From the human T2T-CHM13v2.0 reference genome, Homo sapiens: a stretch of DNA of 64,000 nucleotides. A program made the translations under genes and the position numbers. The notes under the pieces were generated by a model. It made no database searches and was not told where the DNA came from. It was given only the letters and a program-made list of their open reading frames with translations. The stretch lies in the NCBI RefSeq assembly GCF_009914755.1, contig NC_060927.1, one strand, 5' to 3'. Of this stretch, positions 12,959 through 26,979 are shown piece by piece (position 1 is the stretch's first letter; every line of letters starts with the position of its first letter).

Positions 12959-13336
12959 GCAGAGGTAAGGCACAGTGATGGGTAAACAGTCTGTATTTGA
13001 TATATGGTAGATATTATGTGTAAGCAAGAATTCCATTTTAAAATCCCTTGCAGTTCTTTTATTTCCCTCTAGTGTTGGAAGATTAAGTTCAGGTATGGGA
13101 CAGACTGCTCCTTTGTTTTGGAAAAAATCACATTATGGTCAAAGATAAAGCAAAGATCATACTTTTAAAAATGGAGATGGTCACTGCTCTGCATTAATAG
13201 CACAAAGGTTTATGGTTATGGGCAGACTTCAATATCTATACATAGTTTCTTCTAGGAAAAAATGTTTCTTTTCTATATAGGTGTTTAGGCTGCATCTTCT
13301 TGGAAAATTCTCTTCAAAGAAGTTTCAGAATAATGT

Positions 13337-14295
13337 TGACATTAGGGTGCTTCAGAGGGACAGAATCAGTAGGCAATACATACACATACACACATACATA
13401 TATATCTGTGCAAACATATATACATATACACCATATACATATATACACACAATTGTATACGTGTATGTGTGTGTTGTATTAGTCCATTCTCACTCTGCTA
13501 TGAAGAAATATCAGAGACTGGGTAATTTATAAAGAAAAAAAGTTTATTCAACTCACAGATCCACATGGCTGGGGAGGTCTCAGGACTTACAATAATGGTG
13601 GTAAGCCTTTCCTCACAGGGTGGCAGGAGAGAGAATGAGTGCGAGTGAAGGGGGGAGCCCCTTATAAAACCATCAGATCCCTTGAGAACTCACTTACTAT
13701 CATGAGAACAGCATGAGGGAAACTGTCCCCATGACTCAATTATCTCCACCTGGTCTCACCTTTGACAGGTGGAGATTATTACAATTTAAGGTGAAATTTG
13801 GGTGGGGACAGAGAGCCAAACCATATCATATGTGTATATGCATGTATGTATTATGAAGGGGGGGTTTATTAGGAAAATTGGCTCATTATGAAGGCTGAGA
13901 AGTCTCACAATAGGCTGTGTGCAAGCTAGAGAACTGGGGATGCTAGTAGCAGGGCTCAGTTCAAGTCCAAACATCTGGAAACCTGGAGGGGCCACTGAAG
14001 TAAGGACTGGAGTCCAAATACCAGAGAGCCTGATGTGCAAGGGCAGGAGAAGAGCATACCCCAGCTTCAGGAGACAGAGTGACTAATTCACCTTTCCTCT
14101 TTTTATTCTATCTGGTCCCTAGTCGATTGGATAGTGCCTGACCATGTTAAGGGTTGATCTTCCCCATTGAATCTGCTCAGACCTCTCACACACCAATCTC
14201 CTCTGAAAACACTGTCACAGACACACCCAAAAATAATGCTTTACCAGTTCTCTAGATATTTTTAAATCCAGTCAAGTTGATACATAATCACCACA
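13337..14295 (-). mobile_element. MLT2 (ERVL) solo LTR interrupted by THE1
   Basis: attagggtgcttcagagggacagaatc...aattggctca...ggctgagaagtc...ccagtcaagttga...caccaca. Confidence 0.85.
13475..13828 (-). mobile_element. THE1C/D-like solo LTR
   Basis: tgtattagtccattctcac...gagccaaaccatatca; 5-bp TSD tgtgt/tatgt. Confidence 0.92.
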
Positions 14296-14309
14296 GCATT
14301 GAAGAGGGA

Positions 14310-14440
14310 AATTTCTGATTCTACCTTGACATGAATCCAAGATTCATTGATCATTAGCTACTAGAACCTGGACAAGATACATAACCTATCTTTGTTTATA
14401 GGTATAATAACTGTACCCATTTCATGGAGTTGTCAGAGCA
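14310..14440 (+). mobile_element. MIR fragment
   Basis: ttagcta...acctggacaag...ataataactgtacccatttcatggagttgt. Confidence 0.6.
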
Positions 14441-14703
14441 GAGACCCAAAGACAGCAGTCAGGATGTGGAGGCATGTATTTACATCACATAATTACAAAC
14501 CGTAATTAAGGGCACAACTGGAGATTCTGCGGTTTATGCTGGACTGTTGAAGTCATCTCTGAGACAGTATTTAAGAATGAATTATCCTGGCTTAAGAAAT
14601 AATGTTAGATTTAATGAATTTTCCTAACGGAAACTTTAGGCTAGGCTGATCCATGTAGTTTGACGGTTGGGAAACATATGCATTCATGTTGTCAAGCATA
14701 CAT

Positions 14704-14745
14704 AAAGGAAGTTAATCCAAAAAAAAAAAAAAAAGAAGTTAATCC
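14704..14745 (+). mobile_element. Poly(A)-only retro-insertion with TSD
   Basis: gaagttaatcc + A16 + gaagttaatcc. Confidence 0.7.
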
Positions 14746-16205
14746 TAGTACTGACATAAGGTGCATGACAGACAAGATTTAGATTGAAGTGATGGGGAAA
14801 TGTTTTTCTTTTTCCAGGTCTCAGGTAATTGAGCACTTACTCTAGAGAAGGTATTAATACAAATAATGGTGTCAAGTAGTAGAGGGAGTACCACTCAGGA
14901 GGAAATGCCCAGTGGAGTGGCCTAAGCCTGTTGACCTGAGGATGCTATAGCTAGGGTCCAAGTTTAAGTCCTCTGTTTTGTAATTACTTTGTGTTATTAC
15001 CAAGCCTCTGAAAAATACCTATATGTGTTGTGCCTGGTCATCTATCACTCAGAATGAAAGAAAATGCCAGCACCAGTGAGAGGGACAATATGATACAGAG
15101 AAAGCAGCATTGGTCTGTAGGGCCCCAGTCTCAAGAAAATAGGAGGTGACCTGTGGAAAGAGGTGCTAATGGTCACATCTGGCTGAGATGCTGGCAAAAC
15201 AAGAGAGTAAATCTGAGGAATGTGTAAGGATTCCTTAGGTAGACTCAAGAAGCCTTAGGGATAGGAATCTAGAAGAAGACTAGGAATCTGTTAGATTAGG
15301 TTATAATGATTTGAACATTTTAAGTGTGAGCTTAGAAATTGTTAAAGTATAGAATATTTGTTTAACAGCCCTACCGCTATCATTATCATCCTTAGTATGA
15401 CCTGGCTGCAGAAATCTGTTTTCTTTTTAGATTTTTAAATTTTATTTGTAAGTTTATATTAAATTATATCAGTGCAAGCACCAGAATAGTTGACAAGACA
15501 TCACATCTATCCAAGAGTCTCAGCTATTTTGGTGGCTTTTCTCAGGTTTCTGACATTCACAGCTTCTCTCAGTTCTTCCGCTTCAGCCCCCTTGTCCTGA
15601 CCCTGTTGCCGCCTCTTCTGCCTGGAGTACTGCCGCTTTGTTGGCAGAGTTATTTCCTGATAGTGAGTACTGCTGCCACCACCAATCTGGCCTCTAGGAG
15701 AAGAAATTGTTTCTTCTAATCACCCAGAGCATAAATAAGACCAGGCTGTAGTTTTTTATGACATTACTAAATGTTACAAGTACAAACTGAAGCTGCTACT
15801 TACATGTGTTTATTATTCTTAAAACCTCAGAATTCCAAATCATGATCCGAATCACTGCTTCATCCCTCACAGGCTGCAGATAGCAGAAGCACACCGAGTT
15901 GCTCCATAGCAATGGGATTCTTCTGCCCCATAACAATTGCCATGTCTCAACTGCCCATGTCCCATCCCTGTCCTCGGCTTCTGTGCCCCATCCTCCCAAC
16001 TGAAAACAGATTTTCTTTTTTCTTTCATGTCATGTGTTGCTTCATGTATTAGCTCAGTATTAAACATGTTCTAACATAATTGACAGAATATCCATTTCCT
16101 TCAGAAGAAAACCCCTGTTCCCTTTCTCGGCATGTGGCTGGAATGAGACATCACAATAGTTGATGTTAGGTTTCCAGAAGTCTGGCTTAAGAAATCTGAA
16201 AAAGC

Positions 16206-16634
<429 letters not shown>

Positions 16635-16782
16635 TCAATAACCTGATCTTGGAAAAAAGACAAACATATATATCAAGAACTAAATATTGTTTCTCTTACT
16701 CCTTTGCAGTTTATTGTTGTGAAGCATCACTATCCTTTAATGTAACTTCTCATTGAAGCAACTCCACTATGCATAGGACTCC

Positions 16783-17187
16783 TGGTATGGTGTGAATATA
16801 CAAAATGTCACTCCAAAACTCACATGTTGAAACATTATCACCAATGTGATAGTATTAAGAAGTGGGGCCTTTTGGAGGTGATTAGGTCATGAGGGCTCCA
16901 CCCTCATGAATTGATTAGCGTCACTATGAAAGGGCTGCAGGGAACTAGCTAGTTCTTTTTGCCCCTTCATTCTTTCTGCCATGTGGAGACAGTGTTCATC
17001 CCCTCAGGAGGACGTAGCATTCAAGGAAGCAGAGATTGATCCCTCATCAGACACATCAGACATTGAACACACCGGTGCCTTGATCTTGGACTTGCCAGCA
17101 TCTGTAATTAAGGGAAATAAATATTTGTTCTTTATAAATTACCTACTCTCAGGTATTTTGTTATAGCACAAGGAAAGGACTAAGACA
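16783..17187 (+). mobile_element. MST (MSTC/D-like) solo LTR
   Basis: tggtatgg...ggactaagaca; TSD actcc/attcc. Confidence 0.88.
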
Positions 17188-17944
17188 ATTCCTCAAATAG
17201 CCCTTCTTAGTACAAAGGAAGGTAGAATCCCAAGACAAATTCCAATCTCCACTCAAGAAAACATAAATTATGACCAATCCCCCAAATGGTAAATTTCCTT
17301 TTTGAAATCTCTAAATCTAGACTCTGTCAGGTGGGCTTGGTCCCAATATGTCTAAAAATAATAACTACATGAAACACGGTCCAATTTGTATTTATATAAG
17401 AAAAAATATGCAAAGATTAGTGTTTCACAGTTGGAAAAAATCACATGTCATTTACTTGTGTATTCTTTAGTAGAGCTAGACAGACTTAACTTATGTTATG
17501 CTAATATAGATTTCTCTAAGGGATACTAAAATATTCTCGGTTTCAGATTCCAACAAGAATTATTTTACTCAATAATTCAGAAATACTATAAAATGTTTCA
17601 TTGAGAGTGCCTTCTCCCAAATGCTGGAATGGAAGCTTCCACTTCTGTCTCACCAGCATCTGATAATAATGAAATCAATGGGATTAAAGGGACAGTCTTG
17701 ACTGTGGTCCAGTTTGGGCTCCTCTTTTTGCTTTGCCCTAATTTTGATAATAAGTTTTGTTATGTCTTTCAAATCTGGTCTCATGATATTCGGAGCTGGG
17801 ATATCTTTCTTCAGAGCCCTCAATAATGATGGCAGATATTCCTTAATCTTTACACTTGTGAGTGTTCAAAGAGTACTTTGTGAAACCTCAGTGAATATAT
17901 TTGAAAAGCTTGCTTTGCTCCAATGTGCACTAAGAAATGGTTAT

Positions 17945-18170
17945 GCATAGAGGATAACAGTGTCTACTTTGAAGCCCAATTGTCGATTTTGTATCCTGAC
18001 TCTGTCACTTGCAAGCTATGCAAACTTGAAAAACTTAACTTTTTTTGTGTTTCTGGTTTCTTATTTTGAAAATGGTGATAAAAATCCTATCTACCTCATA
18101 GAGATATTATGAAGATTAAACAGGTGTGTGTGTGCGTGTAAAACATTATAGGTATTAAGTAGATGTTATC
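17945..18170 (+). mobile_element. MIR
   Basis: tcctgactctgtcactt...aaaatggtgata...ctacctcataga. Confidence 0.75.
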
Positions 18171-19004
18171 ATTTAAAATTTTGATCGCACACTGGTTTCT
18201 CAATATACTGAATAAAAATATTGGTTGCATGCTGTATTCCTGCATGCCACTTCAACTCCCTATCTTTAATTTGGTTACTCTGTCCTACATTTTTTCCCTG
18301 TAGCCATATTTACTATTCTATTCAGAGGTAGGAAAGAAACATTCTAAATGAGAAAATTTCATTTAAAACCTGGAGCCCGAGTTGAAATCAGATCTCATTT
18401 GCATCAGGCCCCAACACTGTAATAACATCAAACACCACTCCCTCTTCCACCTGCAGGGGTGCAGCAGATCTAAGAAAAGCATTCTTTAATCATTTCATGC
18501 CCAATATCCTGTAGGCTATAACTTCATACTGCATCCAGAAACACTGCCCTTTTACTAGTAGGATCTGGTAACTCACTAATTTTGAACATTTAATTATTTT
18601 TGGAAACATAATTAATCACAAAAATCAACATTATTGTGTAAAATATGGAAAAATTAAAGGTCTTTATATGAAAGTCTTCTATTTCAGACTACTCATGAAA
18701 TCTGACATGTCCAACTTCCTGTAATTATGCTGTCCATTCTAGACTACTGTTTCTAATTATATCTGGCAGCTTTTCATCTGTTTGGCATTGACAAGATTAC
18801 AAGAAAAAGATAAGGATAAAATACAGTTTTGACTGATGTTATTTTATAGGTTATGGTTTTTGATATCAAGTTTTGGAGCTGCACCTTAAAAAGAAGGAGC
18901 ACTGTTCAAATGCTATAACAATCTTGTGAGAAAATCATATTTTTGTTAGCAAAATCACACTTGGTAATATTGATGTATGGTCTTTCTTATAGAAATGACA
19001 AGGG

Positions 19005-19240
19005 GCATTGTGTGTAGTGTCTATAGGCACATGCCCTGGAGCAAGGGTCACCTGGATCCAAACCCCTAGTGCCACTTTCAAATTGTGTGGTTTTAGTCAC
19101 ATGACTTAATATCTCGCTGCTACAGATTTTCTAGCTTAAAAATAGTATAATCATGATATCTAACTCTAAGCATCACTGTGAAATTCAGAAAGGTCAAACA
19201 CATGGTAAATAGTGGGTTAGAACTAGCTGTTACTAATAAT
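19005..19240 (+). mobile_element. MIR
   Basis: gtgtagtg...cctggatccaaaccc...tgccactt...gacttaat. Confidence 0.7.
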
Positions 19241-19249
19241 TCTTATTAA

Positions 19250-19705
19250 AGACACCACGTTTGAGTTGGCATTCATATGTTGAGATGGAATGAATGTATT
19301 TTGCATGTGAGAAGAATGTGAATTTTGGGGGGCTAGGGACAGTATGCAATGGACACATTCATGTGTCCCCCCCAAATTTATATGTTGAAACCTTAATTCC
19401 CAGTGTGAGCATGTATGGAGTTTCAGAACTTGAGAGGTAATTAGTCATGAGGGTGGAGCCCCTGAATTGAATTAGTGCGGTTATGAAAGATACTCGGGAG
19501 CTTTCTAGCCCTCTTTCAGGTATGTAAGGATACAAAAAGAAGCTGGTGGTCTGTATCCTGGAAGAAGGCCCTCACCAACACCTGACCATACTGGTATCCT
19601 GATTTTTGGAGGACTTCCAGCCTCCAGAATTGTGAGAAATACATTTATGTTATTTATAAGCCACTCAGTCTATGTTACTTTGTTATAGCAGCCCAGACTA
19701 AAACA
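19250..19705 (+). mobile_element. MLT1A-like internal 3' end plus 3' LTR
   Basis: gtattttgcatgtgagaag...gggggctagggacag (PPT) then LTR to gcagcccagactaaaaca. Confidence 0.85.
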
Positions 19706-19719
19706 TCACTTTAAGACTG

Positions 19720-20260
19720 TAATAGTCATCTTTAAATTCTTTCTTTCCCCTCATATTGAATTAGCTTTTAAAGTTATTGATTTAAAAAATAATTATTTTG
19801 AAATATTCCCTTTCTTTTCATTCTGATGAATGTCATCCTTTTTTAGTTTCTTATACCTTTATTGAACTAATGGACTTGTTTTCCATTTGATTTCCATGTC
19901 TTCAGGCTTTCCCTACTTCACTGCATCCTAAGCATCACTACCAGATCAATCTTCCTAAAAGTCAGATCGAGTACATCACTGCTCAGTTTTGGATATTTAG
20001 TAGTGCTCTATTTCTCACAGCATAAAATCCACACCCTTTATCTTTGTATCCAATATCCTGAGGTATACCTAGCCTCAACTTGACAACCCTTGAATCACAC
20101 TGGTGTGCTCAGTAGTCCCTTAACATGTTTTTCGTTATTTCTGTTGCAAGTTTTTTTCTCTCATTCCTCTGAAGTATTATCTTCATTCCTTGCCATCTGC
20201 CATTCAATTTTATGTGTACATATCAAGATAAATTATACATGTTTTGAAGGAAAGGAGGTA
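19720..20260 (+). mobile_element. L2 fragment
   Basis: ccagatcaatcttcctaaaa...cagcataaaatccacaccc. Confidence 0.65.
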
Positions 20261-20427
20261 ATGCTAACAATTTTCCCATTCAAGATGCTATTGTTTCCAT
20301 GTTTCCCTTTCAAAATTCAGATGTTGCTAATGATAGTATTAGGAGATGGGGCCTTTAAGATGTGATTAGGTCAAGAGAGCTCCACCCCTCATGAATGTGA
20401 TTAAGGCCCATTTAAAAGAGGGATCAT

Positions 20428-20714
20428 GGCCGGGCGTGGTGGCTCACACCTGTGATCCCAGCACGTTCAGAGGCCGAGGCGGGTGGATCACGAGGTCAGC
20501 AGTTTGAGACAAGCCTGGCCAATATGGTGAAACCCTGTCTCTACTAAAAAATACAAAAAATTAGCTGGGCATGGTGGCATGCACCTGTAGTCTCAGCTAC
20601 TTGGGAGGCTGAGGCAGAAGAATCGCTTGAACCCACGAGGTGGGGTTGCAGTGGGCCAAGATAGCACCACTGCACTCCAGCCTGGGTGACCGAGTGAGAC
20701 TCTGTCTCAAAAAG
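20428..20714 (+). mobile_element. AluS (Sg-like)
   Basis: ggatcacgaggtcag...agcctggccaa; many CpG decays. Confidence 0.92.
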
Positions 20715-20716
20715 TT

Positions 20717-20772
20717 TAATATAATTAATATAATATAATATAATATAATATAATATAATATAATATAATATA
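20717..20772. repeat. (TAATA)n microsatellite in the Alu tail position
   Basis: Perfect pentamer array. Confidence 0.95.
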
Positions 20773-21214
20773 GATCTTGCAGCTTTAAGTTCTCCTGCCT
20801 TTCTGCCTTCTGCCATGTGAAGATGTTATAAATTACCCAGTCTGTAGTATTTTCTTATAGCAGCAAAATGATACACAAGACTATGCATTAAACATTTCTC
20901 CATCACTTCACTCTAAAGCTTGTCTGTCATTGATTTACACTGATATACATTTATGCTCTGGTTTCTCTTCAAATTGTATAAATCTTTCGCCTTTTACATT
21001 GATATACATTTAGTGGAGTTCTCCTTCTAAAGGAGAGAGAATCTGTGATTTCCTTAAATTACCACATGAGCTTATTTGGGACTATTTTTTTTTGGTACTA
21101 TTCAACTTGCTATCCTATTATGTTAAGTAACTTCATCCCAAAGACATGAAAATTCTATAATATTTTGAGATATTACATTTATAATACTTTTCATGTTAAT
21201 TAATAATATGTTCC

Positions 21215-21410
21215 TATTCTGTGCTGTTCATTGCAGTAAGTGGTCTATGTATAAAATTTCATTTAATTCTTAGAACAACCCTGAGAATCAAGATAACGTA
21301 TTATTATAATCCTTATTTATGTAACCTGAGGTTCAAAAGGTTAAGTTGCTTTGTCAAGCTCTGTCAGGCTACATATAACTGAGATTATATGACTCTCAAA
21401 TTATACTTCT
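21215..21410 (-). mobile_element. MIR
   Basis: tcatttaattcttagaacaaccctgaga...ctgaggttcaaaaggttaagt. Confidence 0.75.
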
Positions 21411-22158
21411 TCAATCTAATGAAAGTAAGCAGTAACTAGATTTCCATTAACAATGGTTTTGAGATTTACTTCCCAAGGGCTGACTAGGAAATTTAGCTGA
21501 GAAGATGCTATAGTCTGAAACCAGGAGAATCTGGCCTGGAACTCTGTAGCCCTGTGTCTGATTTCTCATCTTCAAGAAATTTAGTGTATTATTAATTTTA
21601 AAATTTTATGAAGATTTGGCACTAAAATGAAAGGAATGTTTAATGTGCAAGCTTGATGTGACAAACAGATGACAGGTAACGTGCAGGTGGTAGAGATCTC
21701 TAAAAGTAGATCAATCGCCTTGTAGAGCTTGTAGAGGATGCTCTAAGAACAGAGGACACAAAACATACTGACATCCTAATTTCATCTGCAGAATGAACAC
21801 GCGGAGACACTTATAAACAGAGTGTATGTATGTAAATTCACAATACATGGCTTGCAAAAATAAGATATATGTAGCTTCATATGTGCCGAAGAATTAAAGA
21901 AGAATCTCTTTTGTCCAAATTAGAACATTCATCTCTGCTTGAAGAGAAAGTTTAAAGCATTAGTCATGGCCCTCTTCTCCCCGTAAAAGGGAGAGAGTGT
22001 GTGTATGTGTAGATAGAAAGGCACTTTCCAAATTTCGTTGTATAACAATACGTCAATTGTATTTTTCGAAACCCCAGCTGTATGTTGTGTTGAATATCAC
22101 TATCTTATCAAAAATCTGTATTTTATTTGAAACAAACTATGTTGTCCAGTATAATTTT

Positions 22159-22217
22159 TATGTGTGTGTGTATATATATATGTGTGTGTGTGTATATATA
22201 TATGTGTGTGTGTGTGT
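22159..22217. repeat. Compound (TG)n(TA)n microsatellite
   Basis: Alternating TG and TA blocks. Confidence 0.95.
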
Positions 22218-22789
22218 AAATTCTGAATATAGACTTACAGATACGAAAGAATCAAAAGCATTCCCTCAAAAACACAGGAAAAAAGAATTCTTACATTAGA
22301 AATTTAATCGTCATTTTATGCTTTTGGGTGAATTATTTTCCTCCCTAAAGTTGTCAGGTTAGTACAATACTTAAACAAAATTTATTTGTGAGCTTAAGTA
22401 CACTGAAAAACAAGGTGACTGACATGTTAAATGAAGTATAGTTAAAAATGTTGAATGGATTGTACATGTGAATATGCATAATTATTTTTCTTATAAAAGA
22501 TGGCTTTCATGTTTCCTTAGAGCAGTTTACAGTTGCAAATACATGATTTTTAAAAACAACAAATCAAAAGGCACAGATCCACCAAGCAGCAGTGGTATTC
22601 AGTATGCCCTTTGGGTAGGCCAGCCTGAACAGATGGACCTTCAGTCTGTATTAAAGGTCAATTGATTTGTGCCTTTGCCAAATGAGTTTGGAAAAGAAGT
22701 TTCAAATTCTGTCTCTCTAATAAGTGGCTCACCATATATTTTCTGAAAATTCAAATTTAATTGTACAGTTGTTTCCAACCCCTTTCAGA

Positions 22790-23170
22790 AAATCCAAGGG
22801 GTCAACCCTAAAGCCTAAATAAAGTTTAAACTTCTTAGCTTGGAATTTGACATTCAAAACTTTCATACTGACTCTGGCCCATCATTTCAGCCTCAACTTT
22901 TATTATACCTCTTCACAAATCCCTCCACTCCTAAAAAATGAGTCTCCTAACCAAGTCACTAATTTGTTCAGTTCTCCGAATCTGAAGTGGTGCTCTTTGT
23001 CATGCCACAAGAATACCTTTCCCCATGTTCTAGTTTGAGTTGTCGCTCATATACAAAGCTTTCTTTGATCACTCTAGGGAATAAAATTGTGTCTGTTTCT
23101 AAAGTTCTTTCTCTCTTGCTGTGTAGTTCATTAATTGATTTTTTAGCATTTTTATGATGTTAGTTCTCTT
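22790..23170 (+). mobile_element. L2 fragment
   Basis: aaagtttaaacttcttagcttgg...tctggccc...agcctca. Confidence 0.55.
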
Positions 23171-24017
23171 TTATGTAACCGCTGTGTCTCCTCATGTGGT
23201 ATGTTAAAATTAGGACTGCTGTAATTCCTATACTAGTTAGGGAGGAAAGTAACTTCACCTTAGCAAGCATTATAATCAGAGTTTTTTTTTCACGTATTGG
23301 AAGAAAAGACAGTTATCCTGAGGCTTCATCCTTCTTCTATCAGTTCTTACTCTTCTGGTGGCTTCCTTAACCACTGAACTTTCAGGCATGGCTTCCTAAT
23401 TAAGTAATTAAAGAGGCACTAGAAAGTTATTCCTTGTTTTCCTAGATTTTTTGTTAGGTTTGTTTACAAACTGAGTTGGAAACCAAGGTGAACACATTCT
23501 TATCAGACTGGACCAACATTTTTGATTTTGCCTAACTTATCACTTCTAATAGCTAACATCTGCCTAGTATCACTTTGAATAACAAGCGCTGAGTATAGAA
23601 GGTACACATTTCAATGGAAGTCAAGTTCTACTAAATGTTTTTATTCATGTTGAAAGCTTTTCTGGTCTCTTGGGCTTATACATTTGAAGCTGTGTCACAA
23701 AATTAAAGTTAATTCTAGTCCCAGGTAGGAGCACCTGGAGAGAGTTATAAACTATCTTAAAAGAAGGAACAGTAGTGGACTCCATGCCTTCTTAGCTCTA
23801 TAGTGCCGAGTTTGTTTTCTATTATATTTCTCACTACATTCCTGAAGTTTCAGTTACTTTCCCTCAAGGAAGAACATGTTGTGATGGAATGAGAAAAAAA
23901 ATAAAAAGTCTTAGTACTTGAAGAATTAGAGATGACAAGTTGGGAAGAATGTGACGAGAGGGTCAGATTAAAAACAGTGGTTCTCTCTTCTCTATGTTCT
24001 ATGCATTCTCTAGACCA

Positions 24018-24362
24018 CAGGGGCAAATTATATGTTCATAGACTGCAAGAAGTTTTCCTTCAGCTGAACATGTGTTTTGCTTGGTTCCCATGATACTGTT
24101 CTGTACAGTGTTTCAAAAATTTTGAAGGAGATTTTAGCATTTCAAAATTAAAAAATTTTATACAAACAATTGAAATTTTGGTTTCTTTGGGAAAAAATCT
24201 TAATGCCTAAACAGGAATAATCAGCTTGAGTTAGGTAGTGGCTTTCCTTTTAGCCAAGGCAAGAACACCCACAGGTTGAGGAAGGTCTTATCCAGCATCA
24301 TCCCACTTCCTTCCTTTACAAAGCTGAGTTGGCCTTTAGGCACTAAATTCCTAACCCATCCA
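24018..24362 (+). mobile_element. hAT-Charlie DNA transposon (MER102-like)
   Basis: cagggg start; tgtgttttgcttgg...cagtgttt; aatcagcttgagttaggtagtggct. Confidence 0.6.
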
Positions 24363-24451
24363 CCCCAGGCTGAAGGAGATGATAAGGACCTAGAAGTCAC
24401 ATATGCTAGGACAAGGCCTTGAGTGATGTAGATTGTAAGTGGGTCTTAAAA

Positions 24452-24588
24452 TTTTTTTAATCTTTAATTATTATGTATACCTAATAGTTGTACATATTTG
24501 TAGGGTACATGTGATGTTTTGATACAGGTATACAATGTATAATAATCAAATCAGGGTAACTGGGGTATCTATCCCCTCAAGTATTTTT
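24452..24588 (-). mobile_element. L1MA 3' end
   Basis: gtacatatttgtagggtacatgtgatgttttgatacagg...caaatcagggtaactgggg. Confidence 0.85.
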
Positions 24589-24745
24589 GTTGTACTGATT
24601 AATAATAATACAAATTTTAAAAACCTATAAATATTATCTAAAGGAACATGACATTTATAAATATTCATGTAATTAAGACATCAAATAAATTTTCCCCTAC
24701 TTTTATAAGAACAATTGTTGAAAATGTCTAAATACAAATATTTAA

Positions 24746-25103
<358 letters not shown>

Positions 25104-26639
25104 GACATTTACTTTTAACAATTTGGAAAGTAATATACCTGGTCATTTAAGTCAAAATATATTTCGACACAAATCGATATTATAATTTTTTTTTTTGAGG
25201 CTAAGGAAGAAGTGCTATAGAAAATCCATTCCAAATGACTTGGTCATGGCTGGAAAAATCAGAGGGGGGCCTGCAAAGATACAAGGTGAATGCATTGCTG
25301 AAATAGGGATTATCTGCTCCCTGTTTGGCTTGTTTTTTTTTCCCTAAGTAGCAGAGTAAATGACTTTGGAGACCCTCTATTTGTAGACCAATGATATAGA
25401 AAGGGTCATATAAAAACACTGTATTCTAGCCAATATTGTCATTGCAGTTAATGAACATTTCAAGAGTCAATATTAACTTACATGAGATCACTTCTTAATG
25501 GAAACATTACATGTTCTCTGTGTCCTTAGGAACCATAGAATTTATCAAATCTCTCATGAACTAGAAAAGTACAAATCAATTTAACATTTTCTTTCTTTTT
25601 CTCCATAGCTATATAGTGGAATTGCAGCATTGTTAGTGAATTAAACATTAGAATAGACTACTTCTATATAGTAGTGAAAACTAGCTTATTTCATGTTATC
25701 CTAGAAACATTGACATTAAAATTATCTTGTTCAAGTAACATCTCATGCTTGTATCCTTTCTATATCACCTACGACAAGTTAAAATCCTCTTGTTTGAAAT
25801 CACCCTGATCATGAGAGCTTTCTGCCCTGAGGCAATGTCCTCCATTTGTGAACATCTATGACTGTTGTAAAAATCCTCTTTATATAGTGTTGCAATTTGT
25901 TTTCTTGTATTTGAATTCTTTTGTCTTAGTGATTCCCTCTGAAAAAGTTGCACATTCTTCAATAGGACAGCATTTCAAAAGTCCGGAGATAGCTAACTAA
26001 TTCTTCCTAAGCCCTTCTATTTATGGCTAAGTATCCACAGTTCCTTCAACTATTCCAAAATTGATGTAACTTCGAGTTCTTTAACTAATTTGCTCATTCT
26101 CCCCTAGGTAGATCCTGATTTTTCAATATTCCTCTTAAATTGTGATGTCCCCAAATTTACACAGATTCCAAGATTGGTTTCAATCTATATGGAAATATAA
26201 TGTGATTTTTCACTCTATCATTGTAGATTTTCTATGTTGGTTTATGCAATTAAAATTGCTCTACATTGTTTGACAGTACAATCACATTGTCGACTGATTC
26301 TGTTCTTTGTTAACTATAGCACCCTAAATATTACCCCTTGTAGAAGTTAGTATAGTCTTCTCCTACTTGGACCTATATTCATATTAGTTCTTTTAAATTC
26401 AAGTTTAGATCCTTTTATCTTTTATACTAGTTTTTAAATTTCTATTCAACAAACCTTTACCTAGATTTTAACTATTATTCTAATTCATTATCAACATTTG
26501 GAACTGGACTGTGTTATTTAACATACTGCCTTTCTTTACAAGCTTTATGACTCCACTAAATATGATATTGAACCCTTATAAATGTTTTGAACAGGACAGA
26601 GTAATTATCTAAGAGACATTAGAGACCTTTTAATATATA

Positions 26640-26960
26640 TTATGGCTATCTTTCCCCAAAATCCATTCTAGTTTCCCTTTGACCTATAGCAACTATGAGG
26701 TTGGGGAGGGACTGACCAACATCATCTCGCGTGAACCCTGATTGGTTAAAGATAACCAGCCTAACTTAACTATCTACACCACAGTGACTGGTTCATGAAC
26801 ATTCCAATGAGAGTAAAGGATACCATGTTAGGTAGATTAGGAGGAGAAAGTCTCTTGCTCTGGAAGATAAGATTGGAATGTGAGGCCTAGAACTGCTTAT
26901 AGCTACTTTTGATGATGAGGAATGCCAGATTTTCTGTAAAGTTCTACTCTAACAGTGTTT
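26640..26960 (+). mobile_element. Old MLT1 (K-like) LTR
   Basis: ccctgattggttaaag...cacagtgactggttca...ccaatgagagt. Confidence 0.55.
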
Positions 26961-26979
26961 CTCTTTCTCTAAATGTTTT

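Larger units (their letters stand above)
20286..20882 (+). mobile_element. MST-type solo LTR interrupted by Alu
   Basis: tgctattgttt...gtattaggagatggggcctt...ctgccatgtgaag...aattacccagtc...acaagac. Confidence 0.8.

Noticed and set aside
14802-14830. 7-nt microexon-like ttccag|gtctcag|gtaatt
   Set aside because: Such matches are frequent by chance and there is no gene context
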